In this document: positions 36,728 to 48,893 of the stretch, piece after piece
Position numbering within the stretch: position 1 is the first letter of the stretch
Layout: each line of letters begins with the position of its first letter
DNA from: an uncultured Methyloversatilis sp.
GTDB lineage: Bacteria > Pseudomonadota > Gammaproteobacteria > Burkholderiales > Rhodocyclaceae
Assembly (NCBI GenBank): GCA_964488825.1
Contig: CAZAWN010000001.1
Span: forward strand, 1,818 to 65,817
Direction: 5' to 3'
DNA length: 64,000 nucleotides
The notes under the pieces: model-generated
The model's input: the letters and a program-made list of their open reading frames with translations, nothing else
Databases searched by the model: none
What the model was told of the DNA's origin: nothing
Program-made: the position numbers and the translations under genes

Positions 36728-37612
36728 ATGCCAGGCGGCAAGGAAATTCGCACCAAGATCAAGTCGGTACAAAACACCCGCAAGATCACCAAAGCCATGG
36801 AGATGGTGGCTGCATCCAAAATGCGCAAAGCGCAAGAGCGGATGCGGTCCGCGCGTCCCTACAGCGAGAAGATCCGCGGACTGGCGGCCCACCTTGCGGC
36901 AGCGAATGTGACGGAATACCGCCATCCATTCCTGACGAAGATGGTCGAAGACCAGAAGCCGAAACGGGTTGGCGTAATCGTTGTGACAACCGACAAGGGT
37001 CTGTGTGGCGGCTTGAATACGAACATTCTGCGGATGACGCTGACCTCGATGCGGGGCTGGGAAGCGGACGGCGCAACAGAAATCAGGGCGAGTTGTATTG
37101 GCAACAAGGGCTTGGGTTTCATGCAGCGTCTGGGCGCCAATGTGGTATCACATGTCGTTCATCTGGGCGATACACCGCATCTTGACAAGCTGATCGGACC
37201 GGTCAAGGTGATGATCGATGCCTTCCAAAAGGGAGAAGTCGATGTCGTCTATATTGCCTACACCAAATTCGTCAATACCATGCGACAGGAACCGGTCATG
37301 GAGCAGTTGCTGCCTTTGTGCGGTGACCGGTTGGGCACGCCGCAGGGCAGTTGGGATTATCTGTATGAGCCAGACGCTCGTGTCGTCATCGATGACTTGC
37401 TGATTCGTTACACCGAGGCGCTGATTTATCAGGCGGTGGCGGAAAACATGGCTTCGGAGCAGTCGGCGCGGATGGTGGCCATGAAGGCGGCAACTGACAA
37501 CGCAGGTAACGTGATCAAGGAATTGCAGCTGATATATAACAAGGCACGGCAAGCTTCGATCACCAAAGAGATTTCGGAAATCGTCGGTGGCGCTGCAGCC
37601 ATCGCAGGTTAA
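36728..37612 (+). CDS. atpG: ATP synthase F1 subunit gamma
   Basis: [31 protein letters not shown]. Confidence 0.99.
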   Translation: MPGGKEIRTKIKSVQNTRKITKAMEMVAASKMRKAQERMRSARPYSEKIRGLAAHLAAANVTEYRHPFLTKMVEDQKPKRVGVIVVTTDKGLCGGLNTNILRMTLTSMRGWEADGATEIRASCIGNKGLGFMQRLGANVVSHVVHLGDTPHLDKLIGPVKVMIDAFQKGEVDVVYIAYTKFVNTMRQEPVMEQLLPLCGDRLGTPQGSWDYLYEPDARVVIDDLLIRYTEALIYQAVAENMASEQSARMVAMKAATDNAGNVIKELQLIYNKARQASITKEISEIVGGAAAIAG

Positions 37613-37623
37613 TTCATCAGTAA

Positions 37624-39039
<1,416 letters not shown>

Positions 39040-39051
39040 AGGGCTAACGCC

Positions 39052-39471
39052 ATGTCAATGACTGTACATGTCGATGTGGTGAGTGCGGAAGAGTCCATCT
39101 TTTCCGGACTCGCCGAATTTGTGGTCCTACCGGGACAGGCAGGTGAGTTGGGTATTCTTCCTGGCCACATGCCCTTGATGACGACGATCAAGCCGGGTGC
39201 GGTGCGTCTCAAATTGCCGCAACAGGAACAGGAAGAGTTGATCTTTGTCGCGGGAGGAATTCTTGAAGTTCAGCCCGGAGTAGTTACCGTACTTGCTGAT
39301 ACGGCGATTCGCGGTAAGGATCTCGACGAAGCGAAAGCACTGGATGCCAAGCGCCATGCCGAGGAAGCGATGGCTGACAGGAGCGCTGAACTGGATTATG
39401 CGCGTGCTCAGGCTGAACTGGCCGAGGCCGTTGCGCAATTGGCGGCGATCCAGAAACTACGCAGAAAATGA
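39052..39471 (+). CDS. atpC: ATP synthase F1 subunit epsilon
   Basis: [23 protein letters not shown]. Confidence 0.98.
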   Translation: MSMTVHVDVVSAEESIFSGLAEFVVLPGQAGELGILPGHMPLMTTIKPGAVRLKLPQQEQEELIFVAGGILEVQPGVVTVLADTAIRGKDLDEAKALDAKRHAEEAMADRSAELDYARAQAELAEAVAQLAAIQKLRRK

Positions 39472-39494
39472 TCCTCACTCGAGATGAGTAACTG

Positions 39495-39520
39495 AAAAGG
39501 GCAGCCTAGGCTGCCCTTTT
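39495..39520. terminator. Intrinsic, potentially bidirectional terminator of the atp operon
   Basis: Perfect 26 bp palindrome AAAAGGGCAGCCT|AGGCTGCCCTTTT. Confidence 0.85.
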
Positions 39521-39543
39521 GCTTCGTCGGGGAGGGTGTGTTT

Positions 39544-40515
39544 ATGCGACACAGTAAAGAAGTCAAAAAACTGGCTACAGATAAAGTTCGCGAAGGCAAC
39601 ACAGCACTGTTTGATATAGCACAAGAGTTTCAGGTTTCAACTAATACCTTGCGTACCTGGTTGCGTGAAAGTGAAGCATTGAGCAGAGCGCAACAAAGCG
39701 CGAAGCGGGCAGCGAGCGGATTAACCGACGAGCGGCGTACCGCAGTAAGTCAAAGGCAACGTTTGCTGATGCATGCCGTAGATGAAAGTCCCGCGACTAT
39801 TATTGTGACTGACTCAGAAGGCAAGATCGTCTTCGCCAATCCAAAATTCTCGACGACTACCGGCTATCGAACAGAAGAAGCCATTGGAAAAACGCCGCGT
39901 TTGCTCAAATCAGGAGAGACGTCACCCGAGGATTACCGTAGGTTATGGAAAGCAATAAAAGCGGGGAAGGAATGGCACGGTGTTTTCCATAACAAACGCA
40001 AAGATGGCTCACTGTACTGGGAAAGAGCATCCATCTCGCCTGTTCATGATGCCAAAGGTAAGATCACTCACTTCATGGCAGTGAAAGAGGACATAACCGA
40101 GTTCATGGAAGCAGATGCTGCGCGTCGACGCTCAGCCTCAGGTTTCGTCGAGGCTCTGTCGGTACTGCCGGATGCAGTCGTGCTCGTCGATAAAGATGGG
40201 CACATCCTGATGGCTAATCATGCTGCCGAGCAACTGTTTGGCACGAAGGTGGCCGAAGGAACCCCATTTGCCGAATTGAACCTGCTCTGGGTTGATGAAA
40301 ACGGGATGTCCCTGGCGTATGTGGATCATCCTTTGGTGCGGGTTCTGGATGGGAAGACATACGACTCGAATCAAGCGATGAAAATCGGTGTCGCACCACC
40401 CACTGGCGGTATGCACTGGCTGCGAATGGATGTACGCAACGTGTCTCGTCCAGAATCACATGATGTGGCAGCTCTGCTGGTTCTGAGAGAGGACAATCCG
40501 AAAAGGTCCGAATGA
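39544..40515 (+). CDS. HTH-PAS-PAS protein (putative one-component sensor/regulator)
   Basis: GGAGG RBS at 39531; N-terminal transposase-like HTH; PAS/PAC (ANPKF..TGY..EAIGKTPR..W..NKRKDG..W); second degenerate PAS; no kinase or GGDEF output. Confidence 0.8.
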   Translation: MRHSKEVKKLATDKVREGNTALFDIAQEFQVSTNTLRTWLRESEALSRAQQSAKRAASGLTDERRTAVSQRQRLLMHAVDESPATIIVTDSEGKIVFANPKFSTTTGYRTEEAIGKTPRLLKSGETSPEDYRRLWKAIKAGKEWHGVFHNKRKDGSLYWERASISPVHDAKGKITHFMAVKEDITEFMEADAARRRSASGFVEALSVLPDAVVLVDKDGHILMANHAAEQLFGTKVAEGTPFAELNLLWVDENGMSLAYVDHPLVRVLDGKTYDSNQAMKIGVAPPTGGMHWLRMDVRNVSRPESHDVAALLVLREDNPKRSE

Positions 40516-40543
40516 AAGTCGGCGCTGGTGTGACGGCAACAGA

Positions 40544-41122
40544 TCAGGGTTTCAGAGCAGAAACACGCCGATCAAGGCGTTGGAGGTCAGCTTCAAGGCA
40601 AGCAATGGACTCAGCGAAGGCGCGCAAATCCTCACTACGGGTGAAATTGCGTGATTCGATGGTGAGATACTCGGTTAAGTTGTCAGCCATCCGCTGAACA
40701 AACTGATGCTGAGCCACAAGCAGGCCTTTACCGGCATTGAAGAGGCGATGCGCGGGAATATCGCCGAAGACTCTTGCAAAATCCTCCTCAGCATCCCAAC
40801 GTAGATTGCGCATGACAAAAGAAAGCTCGGTGGCGAACTCGGCATTTCCGGAAACCACGGCTTCAGACATAACTCTTTCAAAACCGGAAGAAATCAAAAA
40901 AATGGCGTTAGCTGGCAAGCTAATGTGGACATCAGGAGGGGTAACGGGTGTGCTTGAGGGAAGCGGTGAGAAAGTTCCCTCATCGTCGACTAGAAAGCTC
41001 ACTGCAAAGGGGGGAATGTCGAAATGCGCAGTCTTGCCCGCAAAAGGTCGCAGCCGCTCTGTTGCCCATGGGGATGATTGAAGCAGACGATTGAAAACAA
41101 CAAAGAAAACAGAACTGAACAT
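40544..41122 (-). CDS. ubiJ: Ubiquinone biosynthesis accessory factor (SCP2 domain, UbiJ-like)
   Basis: NRLL..SPWATERL, GNAEFA, LRWDAEED, C-terminal coiled coil; start overlaps the ubiE stop. Confidence 0.75.
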   Translation of the reverse strand: MFSSVFFVVFNRLLQSSPWATERLRPFAGKTAHFDIPPFAVSFLVDDEGTFSPLPSSTPVTPPDVHISLPANAIFLISSGFERVMSEAVVSGNAEFATELSFVMRNLRWDAEEDFARVFGDIPAHRLFNAGKGLLVAQHQFVQRMADNLTEYLTIESRNFTRSEDLRAFAESIACLEADLQRLDRRVSALKP

Positions 41123-41853
41123 TACATCTTGTAACCGCGGTGCAGAGCGACAACTCCGGCAGTCAAATTAAAATATTCAACACGGGACAAACCAGCGGAC
41201 TCAATCATCGACTTGAGGGTCTCTTGGTCTGGATGCATACGAATCGACTCGGCCAGGTACCGGTAGCTCTCTGAATCTTTGACTACTTTATCGCCCAGCC
41301 AGGGTAGAACTTTGAAAGAATAAAAATCATAGGCCGGTGAAAGTGGTTGCCACACTTTGGAAAATTCGAGAACCAGCAACCTGCCGCCAGGGCGTAGTAC
41401 GCGACGCATCTCGGACAGTGCGACTTCCTTATGCGTCATGTTGCGCAAACCGAATGCCACGGTGACGAGGTCAAAATAATCGTCCGGAAAAGGGAGTTTC
41501 TCGGCGTCGCACTGAGCGACAGGACCGATCTTACCTTCATCTATCAAGCGATCACGGCCACGGCTAAGCATCGCGTGATTGATATCGGTGAGCCACACTT
41601 CGCCGGTGGTAGAAACTGCTTTGCGGAAGGCTGAAGTGAGGTCCCCCGTTCCGCCGGCGATGTCGAGAACGCGATCACCAGGGCGGGCGGCAGCCACTTG
41701 CAGAGTAAACATTTTCCAGAGTCGATGCAGTCCGCCCGACATCAAATCGTTCATCAGGTCGTACTTGTCGGCCACGGAAGAAAAGACACCTTTGACCCGA
41801 CGAGCCTTCTCTTGTTCGGGAACGGTTTGGAAACCGAAATGAGTGTCAGCCAT
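41122..41853 (-). CDS. ubiE: Ubiquinone/menaquinone C-methyltransferase
   Basis: [42 protein letters not shown]. Confidence 0.97.
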   Translation of the reverse strand: MADTHFGFQTVPEQEKARRVKGVFSSVADKYDLMNDLMSGGLHRLWKMFTLQVAAARPGDRVLDIAGGTGDLTSAFRKAVSTTGEVWLTDINHAMLSRGRDRLIDEGKIGPVAQCDAEKLPFPDDYFDLVTVAFGLRNMTHKEVALSEMRRVLRPGGRLLVLEFSKVWQPLSPAYDFYSFKVLPWLGDKVVKDSESYRYLAESIRMHPDQETLKSMIESAGLSRVEYFNLTAGVVALHRGYKM

Positions 41854-41864
41854 AAGTAAGATCC

Positions 41865-42287
41865 TTAATGCTTGCTACCGCAGCCGCCAGATTTGGGAGG
41901 CAGAGTCGTGCTATCTATGTCGCGACTGGCGCTTGCTGCGGTGATTCTAGCCAGATAGTCAGACCAAAGTTCATCGTGATTCTTGCCCAATGAATAGAGA
42001 AGATCCCAGGAATAAATGCCGGAATCGTGGCCATCGGAAAAAATCGGTTGAACAGCATAATTCCCTACGGGTTCAATTGCTTTGATTTCGACATTGCGTT
42101 TTCCGGTTTGCAGGGTTTCCTGCCCGGGGCCATGTCCGCGTACTTCTGCAGAGGGAGAGAAAACACGCAAGTACTCGTAGGTCAGACGGAAATGACTGCC
42201 GTCCGTAAACGTCAACTCCATCTCGCGGGACAGTTGATGAAGCTTGATTTCAGTGGGTATCGGGGTCTGACGATCTAATCCGGCCAT
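41865..42287 (-). CDS. DUF971 / gamma-butyrobetaine hydroxylase N-terminal-like protein
   Basis: [37 protein letters not shown]; ATG 42287. Confidence 0.88.
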   Translation of the reverse strand: MAGLDRQTPIPTEIKLHQLSREMELTFTDGSHFRLTYEYLRVFSPSAEVRGHGPGQETLQTGKRNVEIKAIEPVGNYAVQPIFSDGHDSGIYSWDLLYSLGKNHDELWSDYLARITAASASRDIDSTTLPPKSGGCGSKH

Positions 42288-42365
42288 GATGGTATTCAGT
42301 AAAGTGGAGATCAGTCGCAACTGGGGCTGAAGTTCGATATAGCAATGATATATCTTGCAAAAGCT

Positions 42366-43310
42366 TCAGAATGAAGAGTTTCGTTCCATGGCAAGCTGCT
42401 GACGTTGCATGAACTCATCCATGCTGTCGATACCTCGCAAGAGCAGGATAGTGGCCCTTACGGCGGCTTCGAGGAGAACCGCGAGGTTACGGCCTGCAGC
42501 AACAGGTAAGACGACCTTGCGGATAGAAACGCCCAGAACATTTTCAGTCAAAGCATCGAGCGGCAAACGCATCATTTCGCCTGTACCGGGGGTGGGACGC
42601 TGTAGGTGCGCGATCAACTTTAGGCGCATCTTGCGACGACAAGCGGTCTCGCCAAAAACGGTACGAATGTTAAGAAGGCCTAGCCCGCGAACCTCGATGA
42701 AATCCTTGAGAAGCTCGGGGCAGCGTCCTTCAAGAACATCGGGTGCAACACGTGAAACTTCGACCACATCGTCGGCGATCAAACCATGACCGCGCGTGAT
42801 CAATTCAAGACCCAGTTCGCTTTTGCCAACGCCCGAATCGCCGGTAATCATGACGCCAATACCGAGCACGTCCATGAACACGCCGTGTAGCGTGACGCTC
42901 TCGGCAAGCTGCCGCGAAACATACGAGCGCAATGCGTCGATGACTTGGGCAGAGGGCAAGGGGGTGGAGAAAAGCGGAGTGTCGGTGGCCTCGCAAGCGA
43001 AGCGGATTTCTTCAAGAATGTCGCAATCATCGGCAACGATGATGGCAGGCGGATGAGCGTCAATGACCTGCTGGAAAATATGTTCTTTGGGATTGTCAAG
43101 ATGTCGCTTGTACCAGATGATCTCGGGAGAGCCAAGTACTTGCACGCGATCCGGATGAATCAGATTCAAATGCCCAACCAGATCGGCAGGTGAAACATCG
43201 TCACGATTGACGGAAATCTCGCGATTGAGCGTGCCGCCGACCCAAGAGAGGTGTAGGCGGTCGCGGTTCCGTTCGAACAGCTGGGCAACGATCAGCTGGC
43301 GGATTGCCAC
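42366..43310 (-). CDS. hprK: HPr kinase/phosphorylase
   Basis: LHGVFMDV, GDSGVGKSE, LIADD, EVRGLG, VAAGRNLAVL; start uncertain. Confidence 0.96.
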   Translation of the reverse strand: MAIRQLIVAQLFERNRDRLHLSWVGGTLNREISVNRDDVSPADLVGHLNLIHPDRVQVLGSPEIIWYKRHLDNPKEHIFQQVIDAHPPAIIVADDCDILEEIRFACEATDTPLFSTPLPSAQVIDALRSYVSRQLAESVTLHGVFMDVLGIGVMITGDSGVGKSELGLELITRGHGLIADDVVEVSRVAPDVLEGRCPELLKDFIEVRGLGLLNIRTVFGETACRRKMRLKLIAHLQRPTPGTGEMMRLPLDALTENVLGVSIRKVVLPVAAGRNLAVLLEAAVRATILLLRGIDSMDEFMQRQQLAMERNSSF

Positions 43311-43753
43311 TGGGAAAAAAGTGTGTGTGCAGCGTCAGAGTCGGGTGCGGAGGCAATTAGCTCGCGAAAGCGCTTGTCGCTGAACATCTGGGCTAGTTCC
43401 GAGAGCAGTTGCAAATGGTGTTCGCTGGCAGCTTCGGGAACAAGGAGAACAAATACCAGATTGACTGACAGACCATCTGGAGAATCGAATGGGACTGGAG
43501 CGGATAGCCGGAAAAAGGCGCCATGCGCTTCCTTTAAACCCTTGATCCGTCCGTGCGGAATGGCAATGCCGAGGCCGAGGCCAGTGGAGCCCATTTTCTC
43601 GCGTGCGAACAATGCGTCGTAAACAGTGCTGCGAGAAATCGCATAGCGATTCTCGAAAAGCAGACCGGCCTGCTCGAAAACGCGTTTCTTGCTGCTGGCG
43701 TCGAGATTGACGACGACGTCGTCTCGGGCAATTAAACTGGCTATCAGATTCAT
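43292..43753 (-). CDS. ptsN: PTS IIA-like nitrogen regulatory protein
   Basis: SSKKRVFE, REKMGSTGLG..IAIPHGR. Confidence 0.95.
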   Translation of the reverse strand: MNLIASLIARDDVVVNLDASSKKRVFEQAGLLFENRYAISRSTVYDALFAREKMGSTGLGLGIAIPHGRIKGLKEAHGAFFRLSAPVPFDSPDGLSVNLVFVLLVPEAASEHHLQLLSELAQMFSDKRFRELIASAPDSDAAHTLFSQWQSAS

Positions 43754-43870
43754 GGCTGATCGATATCACTACATGGGTGATGCCCATGGAAGCGGAGTTA
43801 CAGCAAAGCAGGTGGTCAAACGGAAGGCGAAGTATATACCTCGCCCTCCGCAGGCGTACAAGTTGTCTAT

Positions 43871-44182
43871 CTATTCGACGGAGGGACGCACATGACCGTG
43901 GTCATTGTGCTTGCTCTTGTACTTCTGGACCTGGCGGTCAAGCTTGTCAACCAGCAGATCGATGGCCGCGTACAGGTCGGCATCGCTGCTGTCGGCGAAA
44001 ATATCCTTCCCTTTGACGTGCAGGGTGATCTCGGCTTTCTGAACAAGCTTTTCAACCGAAAGAATCACATGGACGCTGGTGACGTGATCGAAATGGCGAA
44101 TGACTTTCTCAACCTTGGTGGAAACGTATTCGCGCAGGGCGGGGGTAACTTCGATGTGGTGTCCAGTGATATTGAGGTTCAT
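43871..44182 (-). CDS. hpf: Ribosome hibernation promoting factor
   Basis: [27 protein letters not shown]; follows rpoN. Confidence 0.95.
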   Translation of the reverse strand: MNLNITGHHIEVTPALREYVSTKVEKVIRHFDHVTSVHVILSVEKLVQKAEITLHVKGKDIFADSSDADLYAAIDLLVDKLDRQVQKYKSKHNDHGHVRPSVE

Positions 44183-44192
44183 GATGTCTCCT

Positions 44193-45650
44193 CTAGAGCG
44201 TTTTACGTAGATTGACCGGCGGGATAGTCATGGATTCGCGGTACTTGGCAACGGTACGCCGAGCCACCACGATTCCCTGTTCGCCGAGGATTTCCGCGAG
44301 TCGAGAGTCCGAGAGTGGCTTGTGACCATCCTCGGCGCTCACCAGCTGCTTGATCAGAGCCCTGATCGCGGTGGAAGAAGCCGCGCCGCCGGTATCGGTG
44401 GCGACGTGACTGCCAAAAAAATACTTGAGTTCGTAGATGCCGCGCGGACTGGACAAAAACTTCTGGGTAGTCACGCGGGAGATGGTTGATTCGTGTAGAC
44501 CCACGGTCTCGGCAATTTCGCGCAGGGTAAGCGGACGCATCGAAACTTCGCCATGATCGAAAAAGGCGCGCTGTCGATCAACGATAGCCTGGGAAACGCG
44601 CGCAATCGTATCGAAACGCTGTTGCACGTTCTTGATCAGCCACTTGGCTTCCTGGAGCTGACCGCTGAGGTTGCTTCCACCGGCAGTGCGCTGCCGACGC
44701 AGCAAATCAGCATAGAGCCGGTTGATGCGCAGACGCGGCATGGCTTCGTGGTTGAGCTGGACGACCCAGGAACCGCGCAGCTTGCGGACGATGGCATCGG
44801 GGACGATGTAGCGAGTATCCAGCGGGGCAAATTGTGCGCCTGGTCGCGGGTTAAGGGAGCGAATCAAATCCTGAGCCAGCCGCAATTCCTCATCGCTGCA
44901 AGCCAGCGCTTTGCGGATACGTGTGTAATCACGATTGGCAAGCAGTTCGAGATGATCGCGAACGATCAAACGAGCGACGGCATTAACGGGGTCGGGGGGC
45001 AGATTGTCGAGTTGCAGCAGTAAACACTCGGCAGGGCTGCGCGCCCCGACGCCAGGAGGATCGAGGCTCTGCAGATGCTTCAAGGCGATGGCCAAGTCCT
45101 CGGCTACTTCATCCGGCTCACCCGTCATGTCCTCGGGTAATACCGCAGCCAGCTCTTCGAGCGACTGGGCCAGATATCCGTCGTCATCGAGGGCTTCTAC
45201 CAGAAAGGCAACACGCAATCGATCACGACCGGTCAATTGGCTCAGTGCAAGCTGTGCGATCAAATGATCTCGCAAGCTGATCGAAGCCGCCTGAAGCTCG
45301 CCAGCATCGGCTTCGCTTTCGTCATTGGCATCACGCGGACCCTTGGCAGAGGAGCTGGGCCAATCCTGCCCGTCCTGCATCCAGTCGGAGGATTCGTTGT
45401 TGCCAGACTCGGAATAATCTTCTGAGGGGGCCGGCGCCTCGGCCTGGGTATGTGTCAGAGCATCGCCAGAGCCTGCGAAAACCGCCGGTTCTCCCGGCTC
45501 CTCACGCTCGAGCAGAGGGTTGTCTTGCAGTGCCTGCTCGATTTCCTGGTTCAACTCCAGCGACGACAATTGCAACAATCGGATTGACTGCTGCAACTGC
45601 GGCGTCAGGGCGAGATGTTGAGAAAGCCTGAGCTGGAGTGTCTGCTTCAC
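44193..45650 (-). CDS. rpoN: RNA polymerase sigma-54 factor
   Basis: [24 protein letters not shown], RpoN box [10 protein letters not shown]. Confidence 0.98.
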   Translation of the reverse strand: MKQTLQLRLSQHLALTPQLQQSIRLLQLSSLELNQEIEQALQDNPLLEREEPGEPAVFAGSGDALTHTQAEAPAPSEDYSESGNNESSDWMQDGQDWPSSSAKGPRDANDESEADAGELQAASISLRDHLIAQLALSQLTGRDRLRVAFLVEALDDDGYLAQSLEELAAVLPEDMTGEPDEVAEDLAIALKHLQSLDPPGVGARSPAECLLLQLDNLPPDPVNAVARLIVRDHLELLANRDYTRIRKALACSDEELRLAQDLIRSLNPRPGAQFAPLDTRYIVPDAIVRKLRGSWVVQLNHEAMPRLRINRLYADLLRRQRTAGGSNLSGQLQEAKWLIKNVQQRFDTIARVSQAIVDRQRAFFDHGEVSMRPLTLREIAETVGLHESTISRVTTQKFLSSPRGIYELKYFFGSHVATDTGGAASSTAIRALIKQLVSAEDGHKPLSDSRLAEILGEQGIVVARRTVAKYRESMTIPPVNLRKTL

Positions 45651-45655
45651 AATGC

Positions 45656-46390
45656 TTACATTCTGAAGTGCTCGCCGAGATAAACGCGACGCACACTTTC
45701 ATTATCGACGATCTCTGCGGGATGTCCAGCCGCCAGCACAACACCCTCATTGATGATGGTCGCGCGGTCGCAAATACCCAGGGTTTCGCGGACATTGTGG
45801 TCGGTGATCAACACGCCGATATCGCGTTCCTTAAGGAAGCGGATAATCTTCTGGATGTCGATAACCGCGATCGGATCAACACCGGCGAAGGGTTCGTCGA
45901 GCAGAATGAAGCGCGGTGAAGTTGCCAGCGCTCGGGCAATTTCGACACGTCGTCGCTCTCCGCCGGAAAGGGCGATGGCTTTCTGATCGCACAAATGGGA
46001 AATGTGCAGTTCCTCGAGTAGTTCGTCAAGCCGTGTGTCGAGGGTTGAAGCGTCGAAATCCTGCAATTCGAGAACCGCACGAATATTCTCCGCGACCGTC
46101 AGTTTGCGGAAAACCGAATTCTCTTGCGGCAGATAGGAAAGTCCAAGACGCGCCCGTCGATGGATAGGCATGTGGGTGATGCGTGTTTCCTGACCGGCTG
46201 TGTCGATATGGATCTCGCCTCCATCCGCCGCGATGAGGCCAACAATCATGTAGAAGCAGGTAGTTTTACCAGCACCGTTGGGTCCGAGCAGTCCGACCAC
46301 CTCACCGCCATCGACATGCAGACTGACATCCTTGACTACGGTGCGGGCGCGGAATTTCTTGGAGAGATTGCGCACCGTCAAGCGCGTCAT
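45656..46390 (-). CDS. lptB: LPS export ABC ATPase LptB
   Basis: [59 protein letters not shown]; ATG 46390. Confidence 0.96.
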   Translation of the reverse strand: MTRLTVRNLSKKFRARTVVKDVSLHVDGGEVVGLLGPNGAGKTTCFYMIVGLIAADGGEIHIDTAGQETRITHMPIHRRARLGLSYLPQENSVFRKLTVAENIRAVLELQDFDASTLDTRLDELLEELHISHLCDQKAIALSGGERRRVEIARALATSPRFILLDEPFAGVDPIAVIDIQKIIRFLKERDIGVLITDHNVRETLGICDRATIINEGVVLAAGHPAEIVDNESVRRVYLGEHFRM

Positions 46391-46815
46391 GCCTCGCTCT
46401 CCTTGAGAATCGTACACACTACCTGACTGGAAAACCCGCGTGATTGCAGGAAGCGCGCCTGACGCGCCCACTCGTTGCGATTGGCTGGTGCAGCAGGAAA
46501 CTTCTTCTGCCAGATGGTACGGGCGCGGTCAATCTCGGCGGGTAGATCCGCTACCTGCAAATCAATCAACTCGTCGGCGACGCCCTTCTGGCGTAGCGTG
46601 CGACGCAGGCTGGATGATCCAAGCCGGGCGCTACGAGAGCGCACGAAACTCGCGGCAAAGCGCGCATCGGATTGCAGGCCGGAAGCAGCCAGTTCGTTCA
46701 ACACAGTTTCGATTTCATCCGTAGTGCCGTGCGGCATCAACTTGGCGGTCAGTTCGGCGCGGGTATGCTCGCGTCGGGCCAACAAGCGGATCGCACGTTG
46801 GCGCAACTCGCTCAC
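46387..46815 (-). CDS. recX: Recombination regulator RecX
   Basis: [30 protein letters not shown]; follows recA. Confidence 0.93.
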   Translation of the reverse strand: MSELRQRAIRLLARREHTRAELTAKLMPHGTTDEIETVLNELAASGLQSDARFAASFVRSRSARLGSSSLRRTLRQKGVADELIDLQVADLPAEIDRARTIWQKKFPAAPANRNEWARQARFLQSRGFSSQVVCTILKESEA

Positions 46816-47831
46816 TCTTTCGCGGTCGTTTCGCCCAGCGGGGTGACACCCACCGCCGAGCGAATCTTGTTTTCTATCTCGAAAGCCACGTCGGCATGGG
46901 CGCGGAGAAACTCGCGGGCGTTGTCCTTGCCTTGGCCGATCTTTTCACCGTTATAGGCATACCACGCACCGGATTTATCAATGAACTTGTGCTCGACGCC
47001 CAGTTCGACCACCTCGCCCTCGCGCGAGATGCCTTCGCCGTAAAGAATGTCGAAGTGCGCCTCCCTGAACGGCGGAGCCACCTTGTTCTTGACGACCTTG
47101 ACCTTGGTTTCGTTACCGATCACCTCGTCACCTTTCTTGATCGATCCGGTACGCCGGATGTCGAGACGTACCGAGGCATAAAACTTGAGTGCATTGCCGC
47201 CGGTAGTGGTTTCCGGGTTGCCAAACATGACGCCGATCTTCATGCGAATCTGGTTGATGAAGATCACCAGGGTATTGGTGCGCTTGATGTTGGAGGTGAG
47301 TTTGCGCAGCGCCTGACTCATCAGGCGCGCTTGAAGGCCCGGGAGTTGGTCGCCCATTTCGCCTTCGATTTCGGCGCGCGGGACCAAGGCCGCGACAGAG
47401 TCGATGACGATCAGGTCTACACCACCCGAACGTACCAGCATGTCGGCAATTTCAAGCCCCTGTTCGCCGGTGTCCGGTTGGGAAATCAGCAGATCGGGGA
47501 CATTCACGCCGAGTTTTCCGGCATACACCGGGTCAAGGGCATTTTCCGCGTCGATGTAAGCGGCGGTGCCGCCGAGTTTCTGGACCTCCGCCACAACTTG
47601 TAAGCAGAGCGTGGTCTTGCCCGAAGACTCCGGACCATAGATTTCAACCACGCGACCACGCGGCAATCCGCCCACGCCCAAAGCAATGTCCAAGCCCAGG
47701 GAACCGGTCGATACCACTTGCAGATCATTTTCGATCTGGCCCTCACCCATTTTCATGATGGAGCCCTTGCCGAACTGCTTCTCGATCTGCGCCAGCGCCG
47801 CTTGTAGGGCTTTCGCTTTGTTGTCTTCCAT
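46812..47831 (-). CDS. recA: Recombinase RecA
   Basis: [32 protein letters not shown]. Confidence 0.99.
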   Translation of the reverse strand: MEDNKAKALQAALAQIEKQFGKGSIMKMGEGQIENDLQVVSTGSLGLDIALGVGGLPRGRVVEIYGPESSGKTTLCLQVVAEVQKLGGTAAYIDAENALDPVYAGKLGVNVPDLLISQPDTGEQGLEIADMLVRSGGVDLIVIDSVAALVPRAEIEGEMGDQLPGLQARLMSQALRKLTSNIKRTNTLVIFINQIRMKIGVMFGNPETTTGGNALKFYASVRLDIRRTGSIKKGDEVIGNETKVKVVKNKVAPPFREAHFDILYGEGISREGEVVELGVEHKFIDKSGAWYAYNGEKIGQGKDNAREFLRAHADVAFEIENKIRSAVGVTPLGETTAKE

Positions 47832-47858
47832 TGGATTTCCTTTACGATTATGTCTGGA

Positions 47859-48371
47859 TTATGGCATGTTTCTTGCGCGCTCGATCAGGCCTGAGAGACC
47901 GCAAATAACTGCCTGGCGCCGGATCGACTCGCGGTTGCCGTCGAAAAGTCGGCGCTCGCATGACGGCACTTGAATCGCTCCCGCCGGGTCCTTAGCGCAC
48001 CAGCCGAAACAAACCGTGCCGACCGGCTTCTCGGCCGAGCCGCCGCTCGGGCCGGCGATGCCGGTAATGGCAAGAGAAATGGTGGCTTTCGAGTGCAATA
48101 AAGCGCCTGACGCCATCTCGGCCGCCGTTTCGACACTGACTGCGCCAAACGTTTCTATGGTGTGCATAAGGACACCAAGCATATCCGTTTTTGCCGCGTT
48201 TGCATAGGTGACGAAACCGCGCTCGAACCAGACAGAACTTCCAGGAGTGTGAGTGATAACTTCTGCGGCCCAACCTCCGGTGCACGATTCGGCAGTGGCG
48301 ATCAGGAATTTGCGCGCGGAGAAAATCAAGCCGATCTCATGGGAAAGCGCGGCGAGCTGCTCATCCATCAA
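47859..48371 (-). CDS. pncC: CinA-C family NMN amidohydrolase
   Basis: TAESCTGG, GAVS, ITGIAGPSGG..KPVGTV; upstream of recA. Confidence 0.9.
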   Translation of the reverse strand: MMDEQLAALSHEIGLIFSARKFLIATAESCTGGWAAEVITHTPGSSVWFERGFVTYANAAKTDMLGVLMHTIETFGAVSVETAAEMASGALLHSKATISLAITGIAGPSGGSAEKPVGTVCFGWCAKDPAGAIQVPSCERRLFDGNRESIRRQAVICGLSGLIERARNMP

Positions 48372-48871
48372 AGAAACGACTCCACTAGAACTTTGATGAT
48401 TGCCAGCGTCAGCACCGTGTAAGCGGCGGCGACAAGATCGTCCATCATCACGCCGAAACCGTTCTTCACCTGCCTGTCGAAATAGTTGGCTGGCGGGGGT
48501 TTGTAGATGTCGTAGATGCGGAACCAGAGGAAGGCGGCAAACTGCCAGAGCAGTTCATCGGGGGTGAGCAGCAGGACTGCCCAGAACGGCACAATCTCGT
48601 CCCAGACGATGCTACCGTGGTCGACTACGCCCAATGCTCGACCGGCAATCTGGCAGGCAGTGACGCCGAGGGCGAAGGCAAGCACCAGAAACAGGGCAAG
48701 GGCCAGGTCGTCGGGAAAGATGCTGCGCAGGAAGGGAAACGTCAGCCAGGCGAACAAGGTCCCCACCGTGCCAGGCGCAACCGGCGACAAGCCGCTGCCC
48801 ATGCCGCATGCGACAAAATGCGCCGGATGGGAAAGCAGAAAACGCAGGGTGGGTGGGGGCAGTTTGGCCAT
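48368..48871 (-). CDS. pgpA: Phosphatidylglycerophosphatase A
   Basis: GSGLSPVAPGTVGT, DHGSIVWDE, FRIYDIYKP, GVMMDD. Confidence 0.95.
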   Translation of the reverse strand: MAKLPPPTLRFLLSHPAHFVACGMGSGLSPVAPGTVGTLFAWLTFPFLRSIFPDDLALALFLVLAFALGVTACQIAGRALGVVDHGSIVWDEIVPFWAVLLLTPDELLWQFAAFLWFRIYDIYKPPPANYFDRQVKNGFGVMMDDLVAAAYTVLTLAIIKVLVESFL

Positions 48872-48893
48872 GGTCAGTCGGCCCGGGGTTGTG

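Noticed and set aside
42744-42759. parS half-site (CACGTGAAAC) within hprK
   Set aside because: Four mismatches, only one good half, and explained by coding sequence.
47832-47858. LexA/SOS box upstream of recA
   Set aside because: No CTGT-N8-ACAG is visible in the intergenic gap.
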